62,695 bases of DNA from a candidate division WOR-1 bacterium RIFCSPHIGHO2_01_FULL_53_15 (lineage in GTDB: Bacteria; Margulisbacteria; WOR-1; O2-12-FULL-45-9; XYB2-FULL-48-7). The notes below the pieces were generated by a model. It saw only the letters and a list, made by a program, of their open reading frames with translations, was not told where the DNA came from and did not search any database. The position numbers were made by a program, and so were the translations under genes. Positions 8,418 to 18,065 of the stretch are shown here, in pieces; position 1 is the stretch's first letter, and every line of letters starts with the position of its first letter. The stretch lies in contig METM01000027.1 in the NCBI GenBank assembly GCA_001772335.1, positions 21,776 through 84,470 of the forward strand, given 5' to 3'.

Positions 8418-10582
8418 TATTCGCCTTCCGCCTCTTTGGGTTTGGGCTTTTCCGTGCCTGGCCTCTGCCAGGTAGCGAAATCACACTTTGGATAATTGAT
8501 GCAGCTGAAGAACAGCTTGCCTTTTCTCGTCCGGCGCTCGACCAGGTCGCCGGCGCACTTGGGGCATTTGGCCTCAAGTTTTTTCAGGATCGGCTTTATG
8601 TTGCGGCAGCTCGGATAGCCGGTGCAGGCGAGGAACTCGCCATAACGCCCGCGCTTGAGCGCCATCGGCTTGCCGCATTTTTCGCAGATCTCCTGGATGG
8701 CTTTGACCTTCGCCTCTTCCTCCGGCGTGCTCTTGGTGAATTTGCACTTGGGGTAAGTCGAGCAGGCCATGAACTCACCGTAGCGCCCCTGCCGGATGAC
8801 AAGTTTACTGCCGCACTTTGGGCAGAGCTCGTCGGTCAGTATCTCTTTCTTGACCTTTTCCATCTTGATTTCGGCCTCGGCCAGCGCGGCCTTGAACGGC
8901 TCGTAGAATTCCTTAAGCACCGCGGTCCACTTCATCTCGCCTTCGATGATCTCGTCAAGCTTGTCTTCCATCTGGGCCGTGAACTTGACGTCGAGGATCT
9001 TCGGAAAGCTCTTGACCAGCAGGCGATTGGTTGTGACGCCGATATCGGTCGGCTTGAGCGCCTTACCCTCCCTGATGACATAGCCGCGATCTTGTATCGT
9101 CGAGATGATCGGCGCGTAGGTCGAGGGGCGGCCGATCCCTTTCTGCTCAAGCTCCTTGACGAGCGAGGCCTCGGTGTAGCGCGGCGGTGGCTCCGTAAAA
9201 TGCTGGGCCGGCTTGACTTCGAGGAGCTTAAGCTTTTCGGCTGTCTTTAACTCAGGGAGGAGCGCTTCGCCCTCGCCCTCCGCGGCCTCATCACTGCTCT
9301 CCTCATAGAGTTTGAGAAAGCCCTCGAATTTCATGATCGAGCCGGTGGCGCGCAGCAGATAGTCGCCCGCGGCAACGTCGACCGAGGTCTGGTCGAAGAC
9401 CGCCGCTGACATCTGACAGGCGACGAACCGTTTCCAGATCAGGTCATAGAGCCGGAATTCGTCATTGCTTAAACTATCTTTGACTTTTTCCGGAGAGCGG
9501 GCGATCGAGGTCGGCCGGATCGCCTCGTGCGCGTCCTGGGCCTGTTTCTTTTTCTTGTAGCGGAGCGGAGCGGGCGGCAGGAACTCCGCGCCGAAGGCGG
9601 CTGAGATATATTGCCTGACTTCGGTCTCGGCTTCGGCCGCGATGCGGACAGAGTCGGTCCTCATATAAGTGATTAAGCCGACGCGGCCTTCGCCCTTCAC
9701 CTCTTCGCCTTCATATAATTTCTGGGCGAGGACCATCGTCTTCTTGGCGGAGAAGCCAAGCTTTCTTGAGGCCTCCTGCTGGAGCGTACTGGTTATGAAG
9801 GGGGGCGCCGGGTATCTTTTCTGCTCTTTCTTTCTGACCTCTTTGACCGAGTAGCTCGCCTGCTTGAGCTCTTCAACTATCTTTTTGGCCTCCGCTTCGG
9901 AGGCAATGATCTGTCCCTTTTCTTTCGGACGCACGCCGAGCGGCGTTTCGCTTTTGGCGACCAATCTCGCGGTGAATTCTGAATTATTGGAGAGCCGGAC
10001 ATGAATATCCCAGTATTCCTCGGCCTTGAATTTGCCGATCGCCTCTTCCCTCTCGCAGATGAGGCGGACGGCGACCGACTGGACCCGGCCGGCCGAAAGC
10101 CCTTTCATGACCTTCTTCCAGAGGAGCGGGCTCAATTTATAGCCGACAAGCCGGTCAAGGATCCTGCGCGCCTGCTGGGCGTCCACGCGCCCCATGTCGA
10201 TCTCACGCGGGTGTTTGACGGCCGAGGTCACCGCGTCTTTGGTGATCTCGTGGAATTCGATCCGCTTGATCTTCTTATCCCCGCCGAGGAGAACGCTTAG
10301 ATGCCAGGCAATGGCTTCCCCCTCGCGGTCCGGATCAGGCGCCAGATAAATTAACTTGGCTTTGCCAGCCGCCTCCTGCAGGTCCTTGACGATCTTCTCT
10401 TTGCCTTTGATTATTTGATAAGTCGGCTCAAAGTCCTCATCTATTTTGACCCCGATCTTCTTGGCCGGCAGGTCGCGGACATGCCCGCCGCTCGCCTTGA
10501 CAGTGAAGTCCTTGCCCAGGAATTTCTCCAGCGTCCTGGCCTTGGCGGGCGACTCAACTATTACTAAGTTTTTACTTGCCAT
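8417..10582 (-). CDS. topA: DNA topoisomerase I (type IA) with C-terminal Cys4 zinc ribbons
   Basis: MASKNLVIVESPAKA Toprim start, the active-site region GLITYMRTDS, and three CPKCG...C..YP.C repeats. The start is taken at the internal ATG 10582. Confidence 0.95.
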   Translation of the reverse strand: MASKNLVIVESPAKARTLEKFLGKDFTVKASGGHVRDLPAKKIGVKIDEDFEPTYQIIKGKEKIVKDLQEAAGKAKLIYLAPDPDREGEAIAWHLSVLLGGDKKIKRIEFHEITKDAVTSAVKHPREIDMGRVDAQQARRILDRLVGYKLSPLLWKKVMKGLSAGRVQSVAVRLICEREEAIGKFKAEEYWDIHVRLSNNSEFTARLVAKSETPLGVRPKEKGQIIASEAEAKKIVEELKQASYSVKEVRKKEQKRYPAPPFITSTLQQEASRKLGFSAKKTMVLAQKLYEGEEVKGEGRVGLITYMRTDSVRIAAEAETEVRQYISAAFGAEFLPPAPLRYKKKKQAQDAHEAIRPTSIARSPEKVKDSLSNDEFRLYDLIWKRFVACQMSAAVFDQTSVDVAAGDYLLRATGSIMKFEGFLKLYEESSDEAAEGEGEALLPELKTAEKLKLLEVKPAQHFTEPPPRYTEASLVKELEQKGIGRPSTYAPIISTIQDRGYVIREGKALKPTDIGVTTNRLLVKSFPKILDVKFTAQMEDKLDEIIEGEMKWTAVLKEFYEPFKAALAEAEIKMEKVKKEILTDELCPKCGSKLVIRQGRYGEFMACSTYPKCKFTKSTPEEEAKVKAIQEICEKCGKPMALKRGRYGEFLACTGYPSCRNIKPILKKLEAKCPKCAGDLVERRTRKGKLFFSCINYPKCDFATWQRPGTEKPKPKEAEGE

Positions 10583-10635
10583 CTTGATCTCATAGTAGCA
10601 AACCGGCTGATGTTCTGTCAAATTCACGAATTTTA

Positions 10636-11175
10636 TCACCCCAAAGAATATTTAGGGAAAAAGCCAATTCTTCTCTTCGGCTTTTTCTCTACGGCGATCA
10701 TCTTTTCGATCGTTTTTATGATCAATCCAATCTCGATATCATGCCGGCCGACTTTATGTTTGAGTTCTTTGAATAAATATGTGAGATCTTTGTTTGAGGC
10801 CAGGACTTGACGCAGCTTCACAAAGGCGCGCATTATAGCCACATTGACCTGGATAGCCCTTGCGCTGTGCAAGATGCCTGACAGCATGGCCAGCCCCTGC
10901 TCGGTAAACGCATTAACGTTTTTGGCAAATTTGAGATTTTCAGCACCTGCCTGACCGGAGGATATCACAAATTGTGATATGCTCAATATTTCTTGTCTCG
11001 TTAAGGAAAACATAAAGTCCGCCGGGAATCTTTCAAGATTCCGTTTAACCGCTTGATTGAGGACAAATGTCTTGACTCCATAAAGTTCGGCCAGATTCCT
11101 GTCCAGCATCACTTTTTGTTTTCTAATCACATATATCTTGTTCTCAATTCTTCCAATCGGCATCAATTCCTTCAT
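10636..11175 (-). CDS. ORF6N (KilA-N-like) domain protein
   Basis: IENKIYVIRKQKVMLDRNLAELYGV.T..LNQAVKRN.ERFP.DFMF.LT is the typical ORF6N domain. The gene is wedged between topA and mutL. Confidence 0.7.
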   Translation of the reverse strand: MKELMPIGRIENKIYVIRKQKVMLDRNLAELYGVKTFVLNQAVKRNLERFPADFMFSLTRQEILSISQFVISSGQAGAENLKFAKNVNAFTEQGLAMLSGILHSARAIQVNVAIMRAFVKLRQVLASNKDLTYLFKELKHKVGRHDIEIGLIIKTIEKMIAVEKKPKRRIGFFPKYSLG

Positions 11176-11271
11176 TTCTGCACCTCCGGTAAAGGAGCAG
11201 CAATCTTATTACCACGTTCAACATGCCCAAAAGTGGCGATATTTCGCCGGTGAGGATGGTTTAAGCAGCGT

Positions 11272-12927
11272 TTAGCGGCCGAAACGCTTCTGCAGTTCCT
11301 CTTCGGAGAGGCGGATCATCGTGGGCCGGCCATGCGGGCAGGTCAGCGGATTTTGCGTGGCAAAGAGATCTCTTATCAGCCGGTCCATTTCACCCTGGGT
11401 CAATTTATCCCCCGCCTTGATGGCGCTGTGGCAGGCGACATATTTTCTGATGTTTTCCCGCCGGATCTCAATCTGTGGGCTTTTCCCCGCCGCCTCGATA
11501 TCGGCAATAATGTCACGAATCAGCTGCCGGGCCGGCACTTTTGAAGAAACGACTGGCACTGCCCTTAAAAGGTAGCTGTTGCCGCCAAATTCCTCAATTT
11601 CAAAGCCCAGAGAACTCAGGTAATCAAGATTATCCTTCAAAACCATTGCTTCGGATGCGTTGAGTTCGATCGTTTCGGGCATTAATAATGATTGGCAACT
11701 TGCCCCGAGCGAAGTCGAGGGGCTGGCAACCGGTGACCGAGAAAGCTGGTCATAAAGTATCCTCTCATGCGCCGCGTGCTGGTCGATCAAGACAATTTCT
11801 TCGCCGTCAGTTGCGATAATATATGTGAGCTTTAATTGATAAAGTGGGAAAAACGGCTGTATTGCCGAAACTTCAAATTCAGTCGTATTGGTTATTGTTT
11901 CTTGGTTATTGGTTATTGAAAAGAACGGCTCCATCATCTCCGGTTTCCATTCCGTCCCTCCTGATATTCTGATACCCTGATCTCCACTTCCTGATCCCCT
12001 GATTTCCTGATCTCCCAATGCCTCCCTCACCGCCCTCCTCACCCCATCCATCACCTCCTGGTTATTAACAAACCTGACCTCCCGTTTAGTCGGATGAACA
12101 TTGACATCCACCCGCTTGGGATCGATATCGATAAAAATGATGGCGACAGGATAGCGGTTGCCGGGGATGAGCGTCCGGTAGGCCTCCTCCAGCGCCCGGT
12201 TAAGCAGAAAATTCTTGATATAGCGGCGGTTGACGAAAAATGCCTCATAATTCTTGTCGATCCGGCTCAAGGTCGGCCGGCTGACAAAGCCGCTGATTGT
12301 GCCAACGCCAAAACCGTGCTTCACCTCGACTAGATCCCTCAATAAACCGGCCCCATAGATCGCCAGCACGGCGTCAGAGAGTTGGCCGGTGCCGGGGGAT
12401 GTAATGAGCGGCTTGCCGTCGGAGATGAACCGGAAAGCGATCTGGGGGGTGGCCATGACGTATTTGGCGATGATATCGCCGATGTGGCCGGTCTCCGTCG
12501 CGTCCGACTTCAAAAATTTTTTCCTGGCCGGCGTGTTGTAGAAAAGATCTTTGACGGTCACGGTCAGGCCGGCGCCCGCCGCGTTCCCTTCGATCTTCAT
12601 TTTGGAGACACTGGCGATCGAGGGGAGAGCTTCGCCGCGAAAGCCGAGGGTCGAAATGTTAAAGAGGTCGTCTTGAGAGCTGATCTTCGATGTCGAGTGG
12701 CGCTGCAGCGAAAGCTCAATCTCGGCCGGGCTCATGCCGCAGCCATTGTCCGAGACCTTCATCAGTTTTTTACCGGCATCAGTGATCTCAACGATAATCT
12801 GCGTCGCGCCGGCATCGATCGAATTTTCGACCAGCTCTTTGATGACCGAGGCCGGCCGCTCGACCACTTCTCCGGCGGCGATCTTATTGATGAGGTCTTC
12901 AGGCAGGACAGCAAGCTTTGGCGGCAT
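11272..12927 (-). CDS. mutL: DNA mismatch repair protein MutL
   Basis: INKIAAGEVVERPASVIKELVENSIDAG GHKL ATPase motifs and the C-terminal dimerisation domain (QHAAHERI). The linker contains simple repeats. Confidence 0.95.
   Translation of the reverse strand: MPPKLAVLPEDLINKIAAGEVVERPASVIKELVENSIDAGATQIIVEITDAGKKLMKVSDNGCGMSPAEIELSLQRHSTSKISSQDDLFNISTLGFRGEALPSIASVSKMKIEGNAAGAGLTVTVKDLFYNTPARKKFLKSDATETGHIGDIIAKYVMATPQIAFRFISDGKPLITSPGTGQLSDAVLAIYGAGLLRDLVEVKHGFGVGTISGFVSRPTLSRIDKNYEAFFVNRRYIKNFLLNRALEEAYRTLIPGNRYPVAIIFIDIDPKRVDVNVHPTKREVRFVNNQEVMDGVRRAVREALGDQEIRGSGSGDQGIRISGGTEWKPEMMEPFFSITNNQETITNTTEFEVSAIQPFFPLYQLKLTYIIATDGEEIVLIDQHAAHERILYDQLSRSPVASPSTSLGASCQSLLMPETIELNASEAMVLKDNLDYLSSLGFEIEEFGGNSYLLRAVPVVSSKVPARQLIRDIIADIEAAGKSPQIEIRRENIRKYVACHSAIKAGDKLTQGEMDRLIRDLFATQNPLTCPHGRPTMIRLSEEELQKRFGR
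11955..12016. repeat. simple repeat (six CTGAT units, mostly 8-nt period) in the mutL linker
   Basis: cctgatat tctgatac cctgatct ... cctgatcc cctgattt cctgatct, encoding GDQEIRGSGSGDQGIRISGG. Confidence 0.75.
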
Positions 12928-12942
12928 AATAGAGATTATAAC

Positions 12943-13818
12943 ATGAAATATTCGCCGCTATTTTGCGATAAATATAAAGAGGAGAGTGAGATCTTGAGTA
13001 ACTTCGGCCTTCAACGCATAATGATGGCCAGTCCGAAAAGGATATTGGCGACAATGACCCCCTCGGTTCAGAGCAAGCGGATATGGGGGGGAACTTTCCG
13101 GGTCTCAGTTTACCCGGTCAACGAGCGAACTTATAAGAAATTGGGGCTACGCAGTGAGGTTTTTGCGCCCGGCGCAAGTCTGTTCGTCATGGATGAAGCG
13201 AATTTTTCTCGCTTCTGCCAGCGCACTGATCAGGTTCATGTGAGCGCCCCGGCTTCAGGCCAACCAAGAGAAAATGAGATCGAAATATATCCAAAACCCG
13301 GCTCAGAAGGCAGCCGCCTTTCACAGGACATTGCCCGGGCCATGTATCCCCTCTCTTTGGCCGGCGAACTTGACGCAGTCAGGGAGGAGCGCCTTCCCTC
13401 TCTTTCAGAAAGGTCGAGAACGGCGGTGTTGCGGGAAGATTTCACGACTCTCGAGCTGAAACACGAATTGCTCCACGATCTCTTTCTCGGCCCGACCTAT
13501 TCGGTTGAGATGAGGCGGAATGTAAGCCGCTTCGTTGCGTTCTACGTTAAATGGGCTTACCGGTCAGAGAATGAGGCCACGGTCAAGTTTTTTGAGGAGA
13601 TCAACAGAAGATGCGCAAGAGAATACGACCTGACGCCTCTTCTGGGGCGGGACATCCTGCCGCCGGCCGATCAGATGATAGTTGGCCCGAATCTCTTCAA
13701 TTATGCCGGTGAAACGTTTGTCTATGTGTGGGAAATGTTGCTCGGCCACAGCGATCAGGCATTGGGGCAAGTACCGACCGAATTAAAAACACTTCTGAAG
13801 ACATATCCCGTCTCTTAA
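12943..13818 (+). CDS. hypothetical protein
   Basis: Only the part of the 478-aa ORF lying outside mutL is considered real (ATG at 12943). No motif recognised. Confidence 0.4.
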   Translation: MKYSPLFCDKYKEESEILSNFGLQRIMMASPKRILATMTPSVQSKRIWGGTFRVSVYPVNERTYKKLGLRSEVFAPGASLFVMDEANFSRFCQRTDQVHVSAPASGQPRENEIEIYPKPGSEGSRLSQDIARAMYPLSLAGELDAVREERLPSLSERSRTAVLREDFTTLELKHELLHDLFLGPTYSVEMRRNVSRFVAFYVKWAYRSENEATVKFFEEINRRCAREYDLTPLLGRDILPPADQMIVGPNLFNYAGETFVYVWEMLLGHSDQALGQVPTELKTLLKTYPVS

Positions 13819-15113
13819 GGCAGCAGTCCTTTTAAGATCTTCTCAAACCCCGGGAAAGAAGTTTCTATGCAATCGGTATTTTCGATAGTAGTGGTGCCTT
13901 CCGCAATCAAACCCGCGATAGCCATCGACATCGCGATCCGATGGTCGCCGTAGCTCTGTAAGAGGGCTCCTTTTAGTTTTTGCGGGCCAGGGATACGCAG
14001 GCCGTCCTCCAGTTCTTCAATTTCAGCGCCGAGCTTGCGCAGTTCAGCCGCCGTGGTTTTGATGCGGTCGCTCTCCTTAATGCGCAATTCTTTCGCGCCG
14101 CGGATCTCCGTCACTCCCTCGGCCTGCGTCGCCGCGACGGCAATGATGGGAATCTCATCGATGATCCTCGGAATGATCTCGCCGCTCAACTCAATACTCC
14201 GTAACTCCGAACTCCGAACTGTAATATCCGCCCTGGGCTCTTCCGAGAGCATGATCTCTCGCGGAACTTCAATCGAAGCCCCCATGCGATGAAGCACATC
14301 AATAATGCCGGTGCGGGTCGGGTTGAGGCCGACATTTAAGAGGGTGAGTTCGGAGTTTGGGGTTATGAGAGCAGAAACCATAAAGAAGGCGGCCGAAGAG
14401 ATATCGCCCGGGACATCGACCTCGGCTGCGTCAAATTCGCTGCAGCCAGTGACGCGTAATTCGTTATGCGTAATGCGAAAGGCGGCGCCGAAGTGCTCGA
14501 GCATTCTCTCTGTATGATCGCGGGATGGGAATTTTTCGGCAACCGTTGTCTCACCGTTCGCAAAAAGGCCGGCCAGGAGGACTGCTGATTTAACCTGGGC
14601 TGAGGGAACGGGCAGTTCGTAGCGGATCGGGCAAAGGTCGCCGCCGATGATCTTGAGCGGCGCGAAGACCTCGTTGTTCCTGATCTTGCCTTCGATGCTG
14701 GCTCCCATCAGCCGCAGGGGCTTGGCGACGCGGCCCATCGGCCGCTTCTCGATCGACTCGTCGCCGGATATTTTAACCTCGAACTTTTGACCGGCTAAAA
14801 TACCGGAGAGCAGTCTTATAGTCGTACCGGAATTGCCGACATCGAGAATTCCTTTTGGCTGCGCCAGGCCAGGCAGCCCTTTCCCCATTATTGAAACAAC
14901 ATTCGCGTTACGCGTTACGCGTATCTCTATTCCAAGCTTGCGGAAGCAATCGACCGTCGCCAAACAATCCGCGCTCGGCAGAAAATTATTGACGACGGTT
15001 TCCCCCCTGGCCAGCGCGCCCAGCATGATCGCGCGGTGGGTGATCGACTTGTCGCCGGGCATGCGGATCTCGCCTTTGAGGCCTTTGGCTTGATTGATCT
15101 GGAGGGTTTTCAT
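13815..15113 (-). CDS. aroA: 3-phosphoshikimate 1-carboxyvinyltransferase (EPSP synthase)
   Basis: PGDKSITHRA..GNSGTT.R and RIKESDRI motifs. The ATG at 15113 lies right next to the tyrA stop. Confidence 0.95.
   Translation of the reverse strand: MKTLQINQAKGLKGEIRMPGDKSITHRAIMLGALARGETVVNNFLPSADCLATVDCFRKLGIEIRVTRNANVVSIMGKGLPGLAQPKGILDVGNSGTTIRLLSGILAGQKFEVKISGDESIEKRPMGRVAKPLRLMGASIEGKIRNNEVFAPLKIIGGDLCPIRYELPVPSAQVKSAVLLAGLFANGETTVAEKFPSRDHTERMLEHFGAAFRITHNELRVTGCSEFDAAEVDVPGDISSAAFFMVSALITPNSELTLLNVGLNPTRTGIIDVLHRMGASIEVPREIMLSEEPRADITVRSSELRSIELSGEIIPRIIDEIPIIAVAATQAEGVTEIRGAKELRIKESDRIKTTAAELRKLGAEIEELEDGLRIPGPQKLKGALLQSYGDHRIAMSMAIAGLIAEGTTTIENTDCIETSFPGFEKILKGLLP
14904..14924. repeat. 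tandem heptamer CGCGTTA x3 inside aroA
   Basis: cgcgtta cgcgtta cgcgtat, encoding IRVTRNA. Confidence 0.8.
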
Positions 15114-15114
15114 G

Positions 15115-15963
15115 TCAACCAAAAATTGAATCCCTGGTTTTTTTCGCTTTCTCGAGCTCTTCGCGGATCTTTTCACCGTTGCCTTCTTTTATCAGCCTCT
15201 CTAAGTTGGCCAACGATCGCTTGAACGAGCCGAGCATTTTGAGGACTGCTTTTTTATTGGTCGTGAACATATCGACGCCGAGGATCGGGTCGCCGGAGGC
15301 GATGCGGGTCGTGTCGCGCAAGCCCGAGGCGGCCGCTTTTGACATGAGGTCTTTTTCCGGCTGATCGGCTACCGCGTTAACCAGCGCCGCGGCGACCGCT
15401 AATGGCATGTGGCTGATGCCGGCGACGACCAGGTCGTGAGTTTTAGTCTCCATTTCCAATGCTTTGGCGCCTAACAAACTAACCAACTTACCAACTTCTT
15501 CCCATGCTTTCTTGCTCGTTTTTGAGGTTTTAGTTAAAACCCATGTCTTGCCGCTGAAGAGCCCCGGTTCGGCCGCCTCGAGCTTTGATGTCTCCTTGCC
15601 CGCCATCGGATGCCCGCCGACAAAATAGACGCCCCTGGGCATGGCTTTTTCCGCGGCCGAAACAATTTCATATTTTGATGAGCCGACATCGGTCACGATC
15701 GTCCCTTTCTTTAAATTCGGAGCGATCTCGGAGATCACCGGCAGGATCAAATTGATCGGCGTGCAGACAAAAACGATATCCGCGTCGGCCGCGCCTTTGA
15801 CATGATCGATCGTCCCCTCATCGATCGCGCCCATCTTGATCGCCTGATCGATGGTTTCTTCGCGGCGCGGGATGCCGATAATTTTGAATCTTGAATTTTG
15901 CCTTTTTAATTTTAATCCGATCGAGCCGCCGATGAGGCCAAGACCGATGATCGCGATCTTCAT
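15115..15963 (-). CDS. tyrA: prephenate dehydrogenase
   Basis: MKIAIIGLGLIGGSIG Rossmann motif, GGHPMAG motif, aromatic-pathway neighbours. Confidence 0.85.
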   Translation of the reverse strand: MKIAIIGLGLIGGSIGLKLKRQNSRFKIIGIPRREETIDQAIKMGAIDEGTIDHVKGAADADIVFVCTPINLILPVISEIAPNLKKGTIVTDVGSSKYEIVSAAEKAMPRGVYFVGGHPMAGKETSKLEAAEPGLFSGKTWVLTKTSKTSKKAWEEVGKLVSLLGAKALEMETKTHDLVVAGISHMPLAVAAALVNAVADQPEKDLMSKAAASGLRDTTRIASGDPILGVDMFTTNKKAVLKMLGSFKRSLANLERLIKEGNGEKIREELEKAKKTRDSIFG

Positions 15964-17153
15964 AATTTGCCGCCAAGAAATTTTGCCAACAATTCATGGC
16001 CCTTTTGAATTTTCAATTTTGCTCTTTTAATCGCTTTTTCATTGTAACCAGTAACGCGTAACGGGTGACGCGTAACGCGAGAAGGATAAATTACAAACGG
16101 AACTGCGTCAGAAGTATGGGTCATTAATTTACATGGCGTTGGATGGTCTGGCAAAACCAAAACCCTTACCCCATCCCCCATACCCCTTACCCGCAAAAGA
16201 ATTGTTCCAACAACTAACTTATCAAAATCCTCGATCGCCCTGATCTTCTTGCGCGCATCCCCCTCATGCCCCGCCTCGTCCGGCGCCTCGACGTGGACAA
16301 AAACAACGTCGCTCCTCTTCAGTTCTCTCAATGCATATTCGGCCTTGCCTCTGTAATTGGTGTCGAGATAGCCGGTCGCCCCGGGGACATTGATTATCTT
16401 CATCCCAATGATCTTGCCCAGGCCTTTCAAAAGATGGACCGCCGTGATGACCGCGGCTTTCTTTTTGAATTTCTTTCTGAAAGCGGGCATTTTGGGCGCC
16501 TCACCCTGTCCCCACGGCCAGATCGTGGTCGCCTGGCTTTTCATCTGATGGAGCAGGACTTCGCTTTCATTCATCAAGCTGACCAGGCGCTCGGCGCCTC
16601 TCCCCTTCGGCAGAAATTTGCCGATCGCCCGGCCGGTTATGTCATGCGGCGGGGTTGTTTTTAAATCCCTGAGTCCGGCTGTCTGCTTTCGGCTTTCTGT
16701 TCTCATGACCAGCAGATTACGGTAGCTCAAGCCGGGATAAAAGCGGATATTTTTCGAGCCGATCTTCGCGTTCAAGAACTTGAATATATTTTTGGCTTCA
16801 GCGGTTGAAATATGATCGGCGGTAAAATCCTTCATCCGCCCGTTCTCGATAGTAACCAGGTTGCAGCGGAAGGCGACTTCGTTGGGATTGAGCTCGACTC
16901 CTAAACTGGCCGCCTCGAGCGGGCCCCGGCCGGTATAATATTTTTTGGCATCGTAGCCAAAGATCGACATGGCCGCAACATCCGAGCCCGGTTCAAGCCC
17001 GGGCGGGACGTTATTCACCAGGCCGCAAACGCCATGCTTCGCCAGAAAATCCATGTTCGGGGTTTTGGCGGCTTCGAGCGGCGTCCTGCCGCCGAGTTCT
17101 TTGAGGGGGAGGTCCGACATGCCGTCCCCGATCAGGACCAGGAATTTGGTCAT
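15960..17153 (-). CDS. apgM: cofactor-independent phosphoglycerate mutase family metalloenzyme (archaeal-type ApgM-like)
   Basis: LIGDGMSD N-terminus, HVEAPDEAGHEGD and LPDHPTP motifs of the ApgM family. Confidence 0.8.
   Translation of the reverse strand: MTKFLVLIGDGMSDLPLKELGGRTPLEAAKTPNMDFLAKHGVCGLVNNVPPGLEPGSDVAAMSIFGYDAKKYYTGRGPLEAASLGVELNPNEVAFRCNLVTIENGRMKDFTADHISTAEAKNIFKFLNAKIGSKNIRFYPGLSYRNLLVMRTESRKQTAGLRDLKTTPPHDITGRAIGKFLPKGRGAERLVSLMNESEVLLHQMKSQATTIWPWGQGEAPKMPAFRKKFKKKAAVITAVHLLKGLGKIIGMKIINVPGATGYLDTNYRGKAEYALRELKRSDVVFVHVEAPDEAGHEGDARKKIRAIEDFDKLVVGTILLRVRGMGDGVRVLVLPDHPTPCKLMTHTSDAVPFVIYPSRVTRHPLRVTGYNEKAIKRAKLKIQKGHELLAKFLGGKL
16044..16078. repeat. tandem heptamer GTAACGC x5 (imperfect) inside apgM
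   Basis: gtaacca gtaacgc gtaacgg gtgacgc gtaacgc, encoding RVTRHPLRVTGY. Confidence 0.8.
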
Positions 17154-17554
17154 CTCTTTTTCGCCGGCACGGGGACTGCTTCGAGTAATCGTTCGAGCTC
17201 TTTTTCCGGGACTTTGATCTTTGGGATCTTGATGGTCTTAGTTTCCGCCGTGGGCGCCGCGATGATCTGCTCTTTGACGAAAGAGTTGATCTTGGGCGCG
17301 CTGTTTTCCACCGCCGGGTACCCCCAGGCGATCAGGGCGTGGGACAATCTGACAAAATAGGCGTTCTCAAGAGTTTTCCTCGCGTCGCCGGAGATAAATG
17401 GCGAATTGAGCAGAAGGCGCGAAGCCAGGCCGAAAAGAAGCAGGATCGCCAGCACGATCAAAACGTTCTTGACCGTCTTGATAATGCCGCCGGCATTTTT
17501 GAGGAGATAAAACAAGATCAGGCCGGCCACGACCAGGTCAATGATGTTGAGCAT
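17150..17554 (-). CDS. membrane protein (CvpA-like N-terminus)
   Basis: Two N-terminal TM helices (IIDLVVAGLILFYLL, VLIVLAILLLFGL). Weak family call. Confidence 0.4.
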   Translation of the reverse strand: MLNIIDLVVAGLILFYLLKNAGGIIKTVKNVLIVLAILLLFGLASRLLLNSPFISGDARKTLENAYFVRLSHALIAWGYPAVENSAPKINSFVKEQIIAAPTAETKTIKIPKIKVPEKELERLLEAVPVPAKKR

Positions 17555-18010
17555 CTATCCCTTCCGCAGTCCCTTTTTAAACGCTTTCAGCCGGGCCTTT
17601 AACTCCGGATATTTGAGGGCGAGGATCTGCGCCGCCAGTATCGCCGCGTTCCTCCCGCCGTCGATCGCCACGCTGGCCACCGGCACGCCGGGGGGCATCT
17701 GGACGATCGAAAAGAGAGCGTCATGGCCGGCCAGGCCTTTTGAATGAATAGGAATGCCGATGACCGGCAGGATCGTGTGGGCCGCAATGACGCCGGGCAG
17801 GGCCGCCGCCATCCCCGCCGCCGCGATGATAAGGTCATATTTATTTTCGGCGGTTCTGGCGTACTGTTCAACTTTCTTCGGCGTGCGGTGGGCGGAAGCG
17901 ACCGTCACATCATAAGCGATGCCGAATGCCTTGAGCTGTTTCTCGCACTTTTCGATGACCGGCAGGTCAGACCGGCTGCCCAATATAATGCCGACTTTTG
18001 GCTTAGCCAT
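17555..18010 (-). CDS. purE: 5-(carboxyamino)imidazole ribonucleotide mutase
   Basis: VGIILGSRSDLPV...SAHRTP...AAGMAAALPGV motifs. Confidence 0.95.
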   Translation of the reverse strand: MAKPKVGIILGSRSDLPVIEKCEKQLKAFGIAYDVTVASAHRTPKKVEQYARTAENKYDLIIAAAGMAAALPGVIAAHTILPVIGIPIHSKGLAGHDALFSIVQMPPGVPVASVAIDGGRNAAILAAQILALKYPELKARLKAFKKGLRKG

Positions 18011-18065
18011 AACGCGCCTATTATAACTTGGCTTTTTTTTCTTTACAAGTTATACTAATTTAGCC

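Noticed and set aside
11233-11249. A third GGCGA-N4-TCGCC palindrome (after mutL), considered with those at 20662 and 47352 as a dispersed repeat family.
   Set aside because: The stem is only 5 bp and the surrounding sequence is not conserved at this copy. It is most simply a weak terminator hairpin. Only the two copies linked to the sigma54-like block are reported.
14195-14224. The heptamer-like run AACTCCG x3 in aroA, considered as an inserted repeat element.
   Set aside because: The encoded peptide (TVRSSELRSIELSGEIIPRIIDE) aligns without extra residues to the conserved EPSP-synthase segment preceding the IPR(L/I)IDE motif. This looks like chance codon repetition, not an insertion.
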